A stretch of DNA of 63,727 nt, filler included, from Octopus bimaculoides (taxonomy: Eukaryota), in assembly GCF_001194135.2 (NCBI RefSeq). It is 7 parts of 7 records of this genome, joined end to end, with 100 filler letters (N's around TTAATTAATTAA, not from the genome) between each part and the next. Parts side by side here need not be neighbours in the genome. Positions count along the whole stretch, not along the records: positions 20,511 to 26,170 come from NC_068982.1; positions 26,271 to 43,515 come from NC_068986.1; 5 more parts are not named here. One strand, 5' to 3'. The notes below the pieces were generated by a model. It worked only from the letters and a program-made list of their open reading frames with translations, was not told where the DNA came from and searched no databases. Positions 24,351 through 37,607 of this stretch are shown here, one piece after another (the stretch's first letter is position 1; each line of letters opens with the position of its first letter). The position numbers were made by a program, and so were the translations under genes.

Positions 24351-25221
24351 GTCCAAAAACGAAATTGAATTATTAAGTTTATCGTTAATTTCCTCTGATG
24401 AAGAAGGATGCAGATGGGAACGAGTGGCATCGATTTTTAGTCACAAGCAAACCGTTTTCTCCTAAAATAATAAATAGAGTAAAGCTTATTTGCCAACGTA
24501 AAGTGGCAGTCCTGATTAGGACCAATGTTGCTGTTATTTAGCCTCAGGAAAGCATCCTCGCCAGTAGGCTATCGACGCACTATCTGCGTCCTTATATTTT
24601 CGAACAAGGGAGCTAGTGTTCCCACTCGGCTCAAAGCAATATATATGTACCAATGGTTTCTGGGTCACTTCTCTTCATCAGCACAGAATAATCGCTTGGT
24701 TAGAGATGGCGACACTAGTTCTTGTTCGATGTATATAATTTTCAAAGTGACACACAGTGACTGATCTCATAAATAGAGAAATTATTAGTTCTAAATCTCT
24801 GAACGAGAAACATGCTGCAACAGTACGGTAGAGTAAAGCTTATTTGCCAACATAAAGTGGGGTCGCGGGGTTTGTATTCAGAACAAATACCACAAGGCAC
24901 TCGATCTGAAGTTCCAACTGTTCCGCCCATCCACCGCTATGGATTGTCGAAAGAGATGAGAGGCAAAGTCTCTCTGTGTGGAGTTTGAACTCAGAGCGTA
25001 GAAAGTCAGAATAAATTCTTTAAAGCATTTCATCCCGTGTTCTGACGATTGCCCTTTTGACCAGGTTCTCTTGTTTTGCAATATAACCATAATTGGCCCT
25101 TGGTAGAGAGAGAATGATAAATAGATAGATACGTAGACGGACGGACCGATGTATATAGAGAGATAGATAGGTAGGTGTATAGAGATAGATAGGTATACTA
25201 GACAGACAGACAGATAAATAG

Positions 25222-25685
25222 ATGGTTCCGGGTTAAGTCCCACTGAGTGGCACCTTGGGCAAGTGTCTTCTACTATAGCCTCGGGCCGACCAAAGCCTTG
25301 TGAGTGGATTTGGTAGACGGAAACTGAAAGAAGCCCGTCGTATATATATATATATATATATATATATATNNNNNNNNNNNNNNNNNNNNNNNNNNNNNNN
25401 NNNNNNNNNNNNNNNNNNNNNNNNNNNNNNNNNNNNNNNNNNNNNNNNNNNNNTATATGTATGTATGCGTGTGTATATGTTTGCATGTCTGTGTTTGTCC
25501 CCCAACATCACTTAACAACCGATGCTGGTGTTTACGTCCCCGTAACTTAGCGATTCGGCAAAATAGACCGATAGAATAAGTACTAGGCTTACAAAGAATA
25601 AGTCCTGGGGTCGATTTGCGCTCGACTAAAGGCGGTGCTCCAGCATGGCCACAGTCAAATGACTGAAACAAGTAAAAGAGTAAAT
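25222..25685 (+). mobile_element. SINE family A copy
   Basis: ggttccgggttaagtcccactgagtggcacc...(TA)n...gactgaaacaagtaaaagagtaaa. Confidence 0.8.
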
Positions 25686-26270
25686 ATTTCACACTTTTTA
25701 ACTTTATGATAGATAAATAGATATAAAGAGTGAAATATTTGTGAAGAATAGTTCTAAAAAGTGTGAAATATTTGTGAAGAATAATCAGGAACCACCATGT
25801 CTTGGATAGCAACAGATAAAAAATTGCGATAAAAGTTGTCAGGCAATTAAAAATATTTATTAAAGAAAAATAAACAAATTTAATGAAAGAAACTAAAGTA
25901 AACAAACGGAAGTTAGAAATATAAACGAAACACGAAACGTTTTGATGGCGTTGTTTGTGATGTTGGTGTTTGTGGTGGATATTTAGATAGGGAGGGAGTT
26001 AAGAGGAAATGAAAGGGAGAAAATTAATTTGATGGATTAGAAGAAAGGTTTTAGCGAACTTGTAGAAGGAGATGAGAGAGAGGAAGAGAAACAGAGAGAG
26101 GGAGAGATAGAGAGAGAGAGAGATCGGAGGGAGAGAGAGAGAGATCGGAGGGAGAGAGAGAGAGATCGGANNNNNNNNNNNNNNNNNNNNNNNNNNNNNN
26201 NNNNNNNNNNNNNNTTAATTAATTAANNNNNNNNNNNNNNNNNNNNNNNNNNNNNNNNNNNNNNNNNNNN

Positions 26271-27211
26271 TCCTTTGAGAAACAAAACTCCAGAAGAAAA
26301 CCAAAACTTTCAGATAGGCACCGTTAGACTCTTACGCGATATGCTAGAAAGAACCACAAAAGTACAGCTTCCAAAATTATTGCAGAGCTTAATAACCACC
26401 TCGAGAACCCAGTTTCCGCAAAAACCGTTCGCAGGGAGCTGCACAAAGCCGGATTTTACGGGAGGGCTGCAATCAGAAGACCACTACTTTCAAAAACAAA
26501 CGTTGCAAAGCGTTTAGAGTGGAGTAAAAACCTACAGAATTGGTGCCTAGAGCAGTGGAAGAATATTTTCTCGGGCGAATCATCTTTTACCATATTTCCG
26601 ACCACCGGTCGAGTATACGTGTGGAGACAACCAAAACAAGCATTTGACCGAGACTGCCTTCTTCCAACTATTAAACATGGAGGAGGATCTGTGATGATCT
26701 GTGGGGGTGGTGTAATATCTTGGAAATCCGCCGACCCAATGGTTTTCCTTCATGGAAGAATTAATAGTCAAGACTCTTTAAATATTTTATCTGATCAAAT
26801 TCATCCTATGGTTGCGGAGCTGTTTCCGGAGGAAAACGCAATCTTTCAAGATGATAATGTAGCAATTCACACAGCTAAAGTTGTTACTGAATGGCATGAG
26901 GAATATTCTAGTGAAGTTGAACATCGTATCTGGCCAGTACAGTCCCCAGACCTCAATATTATTAAACATTTATGGTGCATTTTAGAAAAACAAGTAAGGA
27001 GTCGATATCCTCCACCATCATCACTACAAGTACAGGAAACTGTTTTAGCTGAAGATTGGACAAAAATTCCTTTGAAACAATTCAAACTTTGTACGAGTCT
27101 ATACTTTATAGAATTCAAGCTGTAATTACTGCCAAATGCGGTCCTACCGCATTTTAAAATAAATTGTTAGAAATTTTAAGGTGTTTCCATTATTTTTTGT
27201 CCAACCTCTGT
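26271..27211 (+). mobile_element. Tc1-like (DD34E) transposon remnant with 3' end
   Basis: Motifs KTVRRELHKAGF, KHGGGSVMICG, FQDDNVAIH and WPVQSPDLNIIKHLW. Ends in ttttgtccaacctctg followed by TA. Confidence 0.9.
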
Positions 27212-27239
27212 ATATATATATATGTGTGTGTGTGTGTGC

Positions 27240-27273
<34 letters not shown>

Positions 27274-28124
27274 TTGTATGTATGTATGTATGTATGTATG
27301 TATATGTATTGTGGTGTATCACATATCTGAAAGAGATGCACACTCTGAAGCAGAGAGAACTAACGTATTTATATGCAGTTGAGTATATGTCCAGTCATTG
27401 AGTGATCAATGGTTTCGCATCCATAAAGGGTTTAGCTCCATGGACGACTCGTCAGATTTTAAAACCGAAGGCATAAAATTCTTCAACTTTGGGAACGGCT
27501 TTAGTGCCTGACGAGTCGTGCATGGGGCTTAGCCCTTTATGGATGCGAAATTATTGGTCACTTTATAACCGGCCATATATTTTACCCGCATATAAATATC
27601 TGTGTGCGTGTACGTATGAGCGTGTGTAAATATAAGAGTGTATATATATATNNNNNNNNNNNNNNNNNNNNNNNNNNNNNNNNNNNNNNNNNNNNNNNNN
27701 NNNNNNNNNNNNNNNNNNNNNNNNNNNNNNNNNNNNNNNNNNNNNNNNNNNNNNNNNNNNNNNNNNNNNNNNNNNNNNNNNNNNNNNNNNNNNNNNNNNN
27801 NNNNNNNNNNNNNNNNNNNNNNNNNNNNNNNNNNNNNNNNNNNNNNNNNNNNNNNNNNNNNNNNNNNNNNNNNNNNNNNNNNNNNNNNNNNNNNNNNNNN
27901 NNNNNNNNNNNNNNNNNNNNNNNNNNNNNNNNNNNNNNNNNNNNNNNNNNNNNNNNNNNNNNNNNNNNNNNNNNNNNNNNNNNNNNNNNNNNNNNNNNNN
28001 NNNNNNNNNNNNNNNNNNNNNNNNNNNNNNNNNNNNNNNNNNNNNNNNNNNNNNNNNNNNNNNNNNNNNNNNNNNNNNNNTATATATATATATGTATGTA
28101 TGTATGTATGTATGAATGTATATA

Positions 28125-29065
28125 TATACATGGAGTTAAATGCACATGTTATTCAAATTCTTTTACTTCCGACACATGTTTCGAAGATATCAGAAATAAA
28201 ACGGTGTAAAACAATATAATCTTCTCTTCAGAGAAACGAAGAAATGAAACTCGTGAATAAGACATTTTAACAGAATATGATGGATATGTAAAGTGATGAA
28301 CTGAACGCTATTAAGTTTTTTAAAAAATGTTAGAGGATATAACGTCAAAGGTAGCCTATAGAAAGAGGAGGGGTAAAGGAAAGAAAAAAAACAAATAAAT
28401 GAGAAGTATATAACAATATGTAAATTAAATAAAACCCTAAAATCTTAGAAAAAGATATATATAATGAATATGAAATGTAAGAAGAAAATTAATGTTTAAA
28501 TAATATATAATGATAGATATCACTTATATGAGCTAAAGGTGTGTTTCTGCCAATGTTTACATCGATATGCACGCTCTATAATTGTGTTTACAAAGGGATT
28601 TTTAGAAAAAAGAATAAAAATAGTTCAGAATTACAGAGAAGACAGAATTCCTTGCCTTTATCATAAGGGATCGAAATTGAGAGAATCAACCAATCTAAAT
28701 TAAATTGTTTATTGTGGTCTTTTAGTCACCAAATTAATTTACTAAGCCCTGTACTGTTATGTTTATTCATATCCCCCAAATGTAGAGTAATGATTAGAAA
28801 TTCTTTTTAGATAACTGAGAAGATAAACTGCCTATATAAAAAAATACATCATTACCCTAGAAATATTAATAACAAGGTTATTGTATTTGAAGTCAATTAC
28901 AACAGAATCAAGTTTATGTCAACTAACTCTAAAATTAAAATTTGTATATACCAGTGTAAAACTACTTCAGGTAATGATGTATTTTTTTTTATATAGGCAG
29001 TTTATCTTCTCAGAATTTATAATCAGTACTCTACATTTAGGGATAGGAATAAACGTAACAGTACA
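28125..29065 (-). mobile_element. Second, more decayed copy of the same Penelope-like family (3' part)
   Basis: Colinear similarity with 55550-56200, including the blocks gatgaactgaacg, tcaaaggtagcctatagaaaga and tttctgccaatgtttacatcg. Confidence 0.7.
28165..28237 (-). ncRNA. Type I hammerhead motif near the 3' end of a Penelope-like element
   Basis: Minus strand GUUUCU-CUGAAGA-GAAGAU...AUCUUC-GAAAC(AUGU)GUC|GGAAGU. Perfect 6-bp base of stem II, GUC triplet, and a stem I containing G-U pairs. Confidence 0.7.
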
Positions 29066-29069
29066 GGGC

Positions 29070-29477
29070 TTAGTAAATTAATTTAGGGATTCCTATCTCA
29101 CGACTCAATTGTCTTACGGATTTCTTTGGGGATCGGGGAAGGGTTTCCATTAATTGGTTGTGTCTATTGGGGCTGGTGGACGTTCGTGATCTTCCAGAGC
29201 GTTGCTTACTAACGTTCTGAACAGTTCCGTATGCTTCAAATTTATCTCTGATGCGAGCAATAGTGCGTCGTGTTGGTGGTGTCTTCTGAAACTGTCTGTT
29301 AAATTGTCTTTGCACTTCCATGACATTTTTGTGCTTCCAGTAGAACTTTAATATAAATTATTTTTGTCCTCAAACCTTAGTTGTGTATTTGCCATTGTGA
29401 AGGGTTGGTTGCATCTGAAATAAAAAAAAAACAATATATTAGTAATCGTCTGTCAAAGAGTGAGTACATCTTTTTGA

Positions 29478-29480
<3 letters not shown>
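29070..29480 (-). mobile_element. Tc1/mariner-superfamily transposase N-terminal HTH fragment
   Basis: EVQRQFNRQFQKTPPTRRTIARIRDKFEAYGTVQNVSKQRSGRSRTS...SPKKSVRQLSREIGIPK. Confidence 0.8.
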
Positions 29481-29518
<38 letters not shown>

Positions 29519-29541
29519 CAGACAGACAGACAGACAGACAC

Positions 29542-29590
<49 letters not shown>

Positions 29591-29717
29591 CAGATAGCTG
29601 AAATATCTCAATATATGTTATATATGTATTTATTTATGCATATATATGTAAATCGATATGTAAACATATATTTATTTGTGAATATATGTATTCATTTGCA
29701 TGTATATGTGTAAGGTG

Positions 29718-30030
29718 AAGGCGCATGGGTCAGTGGTTAGAGCATCGGGCTCACAATCAATAGGTAGTGAGTTCGATTCTCGGACTGGGCTGTGTATTGT
29801 GTTTTTGAGCAAGATACTTCACGTTACTCCAGTTCACTCAGCTGTAGAAATGAGTTGCCAAGCTGTATCGGCCTTTGCCTTTCCCTGGGGCAATATCGGT
29901 GGCGTGGAGAAGAGAGGCTAGTATGCAAGGGCAACTGCTGGTCTTCTATAAATAACCTTGCCCGGTCTTGTGTCTCGGAGGGGAACGTCCTAGGTGCAAT
30001 CCCATGGTCATTCATGACCGAACGGGATTC
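29718..30030 (+). mobile_element. tRNA-derived SINE with a CORE-like central region
   Basis: ggcgcatgggtcagtggttagagcatcgggctcacaatc...gagttcgattctcggactgg, then gagcaagatacttcac...cactcagctgtagaaatgag. Confidence 0.65.
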
Positions 30031-30450
30031 TTTACACTTTATATATGTATATGTGCGTGCGTGCGTGCGTGCGTGTATGTGTGTTTCTCTGTGTGAACAC
30101 GAGGAGCTTCCACATTGTTTCTGCCTGCCAATTTTCAGTCTCGGAGTAGGCACTTTTGCTCGATGGTTCATCGCACAGTAGTATCGAGCAAAGAACTAGG
30201 TGGTGCTGAAGAGAAATTTGTGTCCATATAAACGATCCAGCTTTTTATCTGAACAAATATTACCTACCTTTCTTGATATGTCTATCTTTTCGGTGCTCCA
30301 GATGAACCGGAATCCACAAAGTGTAGTTCGGCCATCAGACTATTTAACACAATCCAGAAGCCAGAACGAGACCTTCTCTATCACTTAATTCAACATTTAG
30401 CAACGTGAGTATTCTCTTTTTCTCTCTGTCTTTCGCACAAACATGCAATA

Positions 30451-31348
30451 CGAGGTTTGATCAATAAGTATCCGGATGATTGCCATAGTAACGCAGCTAA
30501 AGCACGCACAGTAAAGCCGCTTAGCAAAGATTGACCTTGAACTTTGCTGTGCTGGCGCAATAAGTTTTAACATTCTAGCTCACTTCCGCTGTTTACAGCA
30601 GGGATTTGAAGGAAGGTGTGTAGCGTTTGATCGTCACATTGACCATAGCAGAGAAAGTTGTCATGGCGATACCTGCTCAGCGGCCTAAGCAAGGTTGCAG
30701 AAAGTGTATGGAGAGAAGTGTATGAGTCGCACACAAATGTACAAGTGGTTCAGACGTTTCCAAGATGGCCGCAAAAATGTCGATATTGAGGACGTTCTGG
30801 GAGATCCGCAACCAGCAGAATTTAGAAAGACGTCGTAGATATGTATGCAGCTGTGAGGAGAAATCGTTGAATCACCACCCGTGAGTTATCAGAGGATATA
30901 CAAATTAGTTACGGTTCAGTTCAGTCCATTATCAATGAAGATTTGGTTATGAGACGCGTGTCTGTCAAGTTTCTGCGAAAACCGCTTTCAGCTGACCAAA
31001 AAGACACTCAGGCTTTCGCTGCACAAGATCTCCTTGATTGTGTTGAGAATGATAAAAACTTTTTTGAAAACTTTGCATAGGCCTCTGAGCAGGTATCGCC
31101 AAGCTTTTGGCAAAATTTGATGCAGATTCTCTGCTCAACTTTCTCTGTCATGGTCAATGCGACGTTCACACGCTACACACCTTCCTTCCAAACACTACTG
31201 TAAATAGCGGAAGTGAGCTAGAACGTTAAAACATAGTGTACATGCACAACAGAGTTCAAGGTTAATCTGTGCCTAGTGGCTTCAATCTGCGTGCTCTAGT
31301 ATTATTGCTAAGGCAATAGGTCCAGATACCTATTGATCAGACCACTTA
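30451..31348. mobile_element. Non-autonomous mariner derivative built from two inverted 5' ends
   Basis: 30451-30660 is an inverted match to ~31135-31348. The right arm read on the minus strand continues into MTEKVEQRICIKFCQKLGDTCSEAYAK. The middle encodes VYGEKCMSRTQMYKWFRRFQDG on the plus strand. Confidence 0.8.
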
Positions 31349-32219
31349 TATCTCCCTCTATACTCATCCGTTATCTCCATCTCTCACCACTCTATTCAAT
31401 ACACAATTACTCGTTTAATATTTTACTGGTTTTGAGCGATGGACTGCAGCCATGTTGGGTACCACCTTCAAAGGTTACTTAATCGATTTTTTCGACCCAA
31501 GCACTTATATTTTGTAGAATTTATCTATTTTACCGATCATTTTGTTTTCATACGAAATCACTATGTTAGCCATAATCGTAAAGGGTCATGCACCGTTTAC
31601 AACCAGCAACTGAACATCCACACAAACACACACAACACACATATTCATGTATATACACATAAATTTATCAGTCCACCTTCCACATCCATATACATACATA
31701 CACATATATAGCACACGTGTGTCGACAAACAGCAGCCCTCAAATTCCACGCACAAGGCAATTGCAATAACACCAGAAGACATATACCCAAACTACTGTGC
31801 AATACTGTCCATCTGAATCCTGACTATCTGTGCCCAGATATGTGTACATGTGTGCATATATATATATATGCAAACATTTGCTTAAAGGGATATATAACCC
31901 TGGCAGTTTCCGTCTTTCCTCTTAATTCGGTTTTAGAAGCCGGCTAACTACAACGGTCCTTTTGTGATACTCCAGTTAACAATAAGTTGCTAGGCTCGAG
32001 TAACTATTCTCGCTTGGTAAATCCGAGTGCCCCCTATTAAGGCCTGCATAATTACGTAGAGTAAGGAATAGCTTTAATAATGATAAGGAGAACGGAGATT
32101 TTTCACATCCATTATCTTTATTTAACAGTTATTTACATCCTTTTCTGGACCAGAATCTGTAAATAGCTGTGCATAAAATTATGGATGTAAAAAATCTCCG
32201 TTCTCCTTGCCATTGTTAC

Positions 32220-32272
<53 letters not shown>

Positions 32273-32283
32273 ACACACTCACT

Positions 32284-32314
<31 letters not shown>

Positions 32315-32699
32315 TATAGTGGGGTAGGCCGGTTTATGAAGTTACTCTGGGTCTCTCGCTCATAAGGGCTTTAGCCTTACGGCGTATGGCCTGAGACCGC
32401 TTTAAAATATGGATGGAGAAAAGCCTCATTTTAAAGCGTAAAACCCTAGGTGATTATATCTCCCTTTGTCACAGTCCATCGATCTTCGGCCGCGCTGCCA
32501 TAATGCGATCACCAAAGTACCACGAAGGTAAACGATTGTCTCCCTTTGGCCTTGGCTATTGGTTTCCGGCTGTGGTGCTGCCATACGGATTCCAAAAGGC
32601 TAGCAGGATTTTTTTTAATGCAGGTATGATACGAAAATCTCTGCCCTAGAGTTCAGGATGTCCCCCAGGCACGAGCGAATCTTTAAAGATTCTTGTGAG

Positions 32700-33180
32700 C
32701 TCAGTCTACTCCGCTATAATATTAACTGTTCTACATATTAGAGTGTTATATGTATATATACAATCAAAGGTACAAAAACGACGTACTCCGAGGGAATTCA
32801 AAGGGTAGCATAAACTAAGTGGGGTAATCCAGTATATGAAAATCCAAGAGTTAGATACTCCAAATCACCGTCGGAAATACACGTGAACATGCGATGATAG
32901 GCAAATCGAAAATTAATAATCAAAAATAATAAATAACAAACCAATAAAAGTCAAAAGGACGTACTCATAGAATGTATTAGCTTGATGCTCAGTATAAGAT
33001 GGAGAAATGAGTAGGTGTGTAACATTTCGAACAAGGCTCTTCGTCAGAAAGAGGGGAAAGGAAAGGTCTGGAGAAGGAAAAAAAAAGTCCAAGCACGAGT
33101 GTGGTTATATGGTTGAAATGACCGGAAGTGGAGAGAGACAGAGAAAGTGGTTTTTAAGATAGATGGCGGAAATGGCCAGC
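32700..33180 (-). mobile_element. Probable Penelope 3' or pseudo-LTR region with a degenerate hammerhead core (33021-33047)
   Basis: Lies downstream of the GIY-YIG fragment. Minus strand CUGACGA-A-GAGC(CUU)GUUC-GAAAUGUU; stem I does not pair. Confidence 0.45.
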
Positions 33181-33200
33181 GTGCGCACGGGCGTGTATGT

Positions 33201-33240
<40 letters not shown>

Positions 33241-33264
33241 TAGTATCTGTGTATNNNNNNNNNN

Positions 33265-33302
<38 letters not shown>

Positions 33303-33839
33303 TAGTATCTGTGTATGTGTTTGTGTGCTTATGTGAGTGATGTATGCTTAAAGGAGTGGCAGCCTACGTTCGCTTTGGTGGTGAAAGGCGGGGTGATGAG
33401 TATGTGCGTGGGTGTTGCTGTGTGTACGCATGTGTTTGTATGTGTACGCATGAGGGTGTGAGAGTGGGCGTGTGTGGGTGTAAGAGGCCAGGTGACAAGT
33501 GTGTGTGTGTGTGCGTTGGTGTTGCAGGGCGTGTGAGCGCGTGTGTATAAACCCGTGTGTGAGCGCGTCTGTGTATGTGTGTGTATGAATGTGCGTATGA
33601 ATCTATGCGAGGGCGTGTGTATGAGTGTGAATATATATGCGTGTATGTATGTGTGCGTGTGTTTGTACGTGTATATTTGTGCCTGTATGTATATCTACGC
33701 GCGTGTGTGTGTGCGTGTGTGTAAATGGTTTTTTTTTATGTCAGGATGTAAAAACGTGTGTGTGTGTGGTAGGTATTCATGTATGGGGGTAAGGTATGTA
33801 TGTGGGCATGTGGAAGTGTGTGGAAGATGAATTAAATAT

Positions 33840-34250
33840 TTTTTTAATTGGAAATGTTGTAAGATGTTACTGAAAGTGTGGGGTCGTGTTTAGTCCAAAC
33901 GGAGTTTGGGTTTGGAAAGAGATGTAGCTTTGTTCAAGGCGAAGTCTTGATTTAAGGCCAGGCTATGAGGTGAGGTGTCCGGCGGAGTAAAAATGACCGG
34001 CAACAGGGGTCCTTTTCTACAGACTCGTGTCCCATAGGTGTTCGGTAAATCGGTCAACTAGACGACGGTTCGACGAACCAACATATAGACAGTCACAAAA
34101 GGTACATTGAATGCAATATTCTAGATGAGTCGTGGTGCAGAAGCAGACTCGGATGTGGAGGGTAAGCTCGTTTGTTCCAGTAAGCGATTTGATGCCGGAG
34201 ATGAACGAACAGGGGTCTGGAGCAAGGGAAGGATACAGGATGGTTGAGAG
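33840..34250 (-). mobile_element. Penelope-like GIY-YIG endonuclease fragment
   Basis: Minus strand reads CTTTHLEYCIQCTFCDCLYVGSSNRRLVDRFTEHLWDT, the PLE GIY-YIG pattern. Confidence 0.8.
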
Positions 34251-34252
34251 TA

Positions 34253-34296
<44 letters not shown>

Positions 34297-35139
34297 TGTA
34301 ATTAAGGGTCTATAAGAGATACCACCATGCTAGATATAGCAGCCAAAACTTGACTCTAAAACCACATTAAATGTTCATACAGCACCAGGAGAGAAGANNN
34401 NNNNNNNNNNNNNNNNNNNNNNNNNNNNNNNNNNNNNNNNNNNNNNNNNNNNNNNNNNNNNNNNNNNNNNNNNNNNNNNNNNNNNNNNNNNNNNNNNNNN
34501 NNNNNNNNNNNNNNNNNNNNNNNNNNNNNNNNNNNNNNNNNNNNNNNNNNNNNNNNNNNNNNNNNNNNNNNNNNNNNNNNNNNNNNNNNNNNNNNNNNNN
34601 NNNNNNNNNNNNNNNNNNNNNNNNNNNNNNNNNNNNNNNNNNNNNNNNNNNNNNNNNNNNNNNNNNNNNNNNNNNNNNNNNNNNNNNNNNNNNNNNNNNN
34701 NNNNNNNNNNNNNNNNNNNNNNNNNNNNNNNNNNNNNNNNNNNNNNNNNNNNNNNNNNNNNNNNNNNNNNNNNNNNNNNNNNNNNNNNNNNNNNNNNNNN
34801 NNNNNNNNNNNNNNNNNNNNNNNNNNNNNNNNNNAAAAACTGTATTTTTCATAAAAATAACATAAACATAATGCTAAACTAGCTTTATTAAGCTAGCTCC
34901 CATGGAGGGCTCTTCATTGGGCCTTGACCCCAAAAATGACACTTCATGCATTGAGTACATATTAAATTTTATTGAACTTGCCAACATTTTTCAAGCAATG
35001 AACAATTTTCATCAAAACAATGATATAATTTGTCGACTGGGAACTTATTGCAAAGCTGTATGATAAATAACATTTTTTGTCTTCCAATTCGGTGGTCAGC
35101 ACAATTTCTGTTTCTGGTTAATCTCTCTCTCTCTCTCTC

Positions 35140-35392
35140 TGTTGATTGGTTTCGACCATCACCATCACCAGTACTACCACCATCGCCAGCACTACCACCA
35201 TCACCAGTACTACCACCATCGCCAGTACTACCACCATCACCAGCACTACCACCATCACCAGTACTACCACCATCACCAGTACTACCACCATCACCAGCAC
35301 TACCACCATCACCAGCACTACCACCATCACCAGTACTACCACCATCACCAGTACTACCACCATCACCAGTACTACCACCATCGCCACCAAAA
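35140..35392. repeat. 18-bp minisatellite (ACCACCATCACCAGYACT)n
   Basis: About 13 near-identical units that keep several reading frames open. Confidence 0.9.
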
Positions 35393-35859
35393 CTGCCATA
35401 CACACATCATTCAGACTTCTGACACTACTACCATCAACACCTTTGATTTCGCTGCCTCCCCCTCCACCACCATCACCACCGTATTTCATATCACTTACTA
35501 TCTCCGTCATCCCTGACCGCCTATGGCTACCACTACCACCACCACCATCATCACCGTGGCTTCTGCTTCTATCACAACTGTAGCTCATACTATTACTACC
35601 GCCCCATTACCATCACAACCGCCTATCTACTACCACCACCACCGTCTCTATGCCTAGTATTACTCTCACCCCAGCAGGTGGAATAGCAGTAGTGTCGTTG
35701 AATAGTGAGAGAGGGGGTCAAAGTGTGACACACTGGTACACAGAAATTCGCTTTGGCATTTATTATTATAGATAGTCAATTTAATAATTTCATTCAATAA
35801 AACTACCATGAGTATTAATAACTGCCTCTACGCAAGGTCGAAATCGTTTACAAACACGG

Positions 35860-36670
35860 ATTAAGTGGTCCTTGTTCATATCGGACATGACTCGAACTAA
35901 GGCGGCTTTCAAAGAATCTTTGGTTTTATGATGGTGTTCATTGACATATTTTTCAACGTTGCTCCACGCAGTGGATTGAGATCTGGAGAATTAGGAGGTC
36001 AAATGTCGGGGGTGATGTGATCATGCACATTGTCGGCCATCCACTCTTCTGTTATTTGAGCCTTGTTTGATGGTGCAGAATCTCGTTGAAAGACAAGGCC
36101 TTCAATTACATTGTTGATCCAAGGCTTAACTTTATCCACAACCTCAATATACGCAGCAGCATTCACCCTAATGACTTGTGGGGATAAAATGAGGAAGTAT
36201 CACATGTTCTTCATTGCTAGCAACACCCAAAATCATGACACTTGCAGGAAATTTTGGAACTTCGGAAGGGTCTGCACATAGCCATCTGTCATTTCTTCTT
36301 CTAGTTTTCTGGTCCTGGTCAAAGTTTTTCTCATCTGAGAAAAAGACCAAATCACACCATCTTCTGATGGATTTTTAAGTTTGTTCGGATCTGATTAATC
36401 GGTTTTCTTTTGTTTTTTTCTGACATGACTTCACCTCTCGTAATCACGTAAGATTTGCATCTCATGTTTTCATGCACATTTCTGATTCTTGTTTCTGACA
36501 CACGAAATTTTTTTGCAATTGACCTAATTGATTTTCCTGGATTGTCTTCAATGTTTTGCTTAACTTCCTGAATAAATTCAGATGTCCTGACAGAATCAGA
36601 GCGCTTGGAATGTTTTTTACATTTTGATACAAGTAATGCACTTCCATCTTCTTTCTCTAACTCACACAGA
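35860..36670 (-). mobile_element. Degenerate Tc1/mariner (maT/DD37D-like) transposase
   Basis: FFSDEKNFDQDQK..NDRWLCADPSEVP..SVMILGVAS and KSIRSIAKKFRVSE. Confidence 0.75.
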
Positions 36671-36671
36671 A

Positions 36672-36860
36672 TCAACTGTTTTCTGGTGTAGTCCCGAAAA
36701 AGGTGGGGTCTCCTTTTTCATTGTGTGTTAAACATTGCATGTTTCGTCGGATATTATTGTAGAGAGCCCACTTTTCATCATTTCTCATGATTCTATTCAG
36801 GAAAGATTTGATAGAAATTACTAGCAGGGGGCACATTTTGAATAAGCTGAGAAGCAATTA
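36672..36860 (-). mobile_element. Short mariner transposase fragment
   Basis: SFLNRIMRNDEKWALYNNIRR, resembling the mariner (TG)DEKWxxYxN motif. Confidence 0.55.
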
Positions 36861-37431
36861 CATGATGAAGGACGCCACAGAACAAGTATTAGACACTTTT
36901 CCTAGTTCATGAAGGTGTCCTGTGAGCCTAAAGATTTAGGTTCGTTTGACGATTCTACGAAACTTTAAGTTACATGGAACTGAATCAAACTTGCTTTTTA
37001 GCGTAAATTTTCACAACTGTGTGTCGTTACATTGAACCCTCACACCTATGTAAAGTGTAAAACATTTGCGCTTATTCATTCTGGTTGTGGTGCTTCTACT
37101 ATGACGTTTGTGAAATGTTTCCGACACATGCCTCCATTTTTGCACGTTCCTATCCCCTACGCTTTGTGTTTTCTCAGAATTTACTAAATGAGATTTTCCA
37201 TCTACGCATTGTCATTTACCAACATAACTTCTATTTCAACCAATATTAAAAACATTTAAAGATGTCATTTAATTTAGTTTTGTTCTGTGACCTATTTGTG
37301 TCCCCTCTAACTTATCTTTATAAATGTATATAAATAATTATGCGTGTGTGTTCGTGCTGGTGTATGTGTGTATGCAAGTATATATTCGTAATTACATACA
37401 CACATACAAAGGGAGAAATACACATATAATA

Positions 37432-37476
<45 letters not shown>

Positions 37477-37479
37477 TAT

Positions 37480-37516
<37 letters not shown>

Positions 37517-37607
37517 AAGGACAACAACAAAAAAAGAAAGAGACCTCGATATTATGTAAATAAAAGAATTTATCTGTAAAAGTATGTGACACTTATTCGG
37601 TAGCCAT

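Noticed and set aside
27508-27550. ctgacgag...gcgaaa resembling a hammerhead core
   Set aside because: Stem II does not close on the core; the sequence is explained as the arm of an inverted repeat.
34969-35403. ORF with (STGDGG)n repeats resembling a structural or ice-binding protein
   Set aside because: It is the 18-bp minisatellite, open in five frames, with no non-repeat coding flanks.
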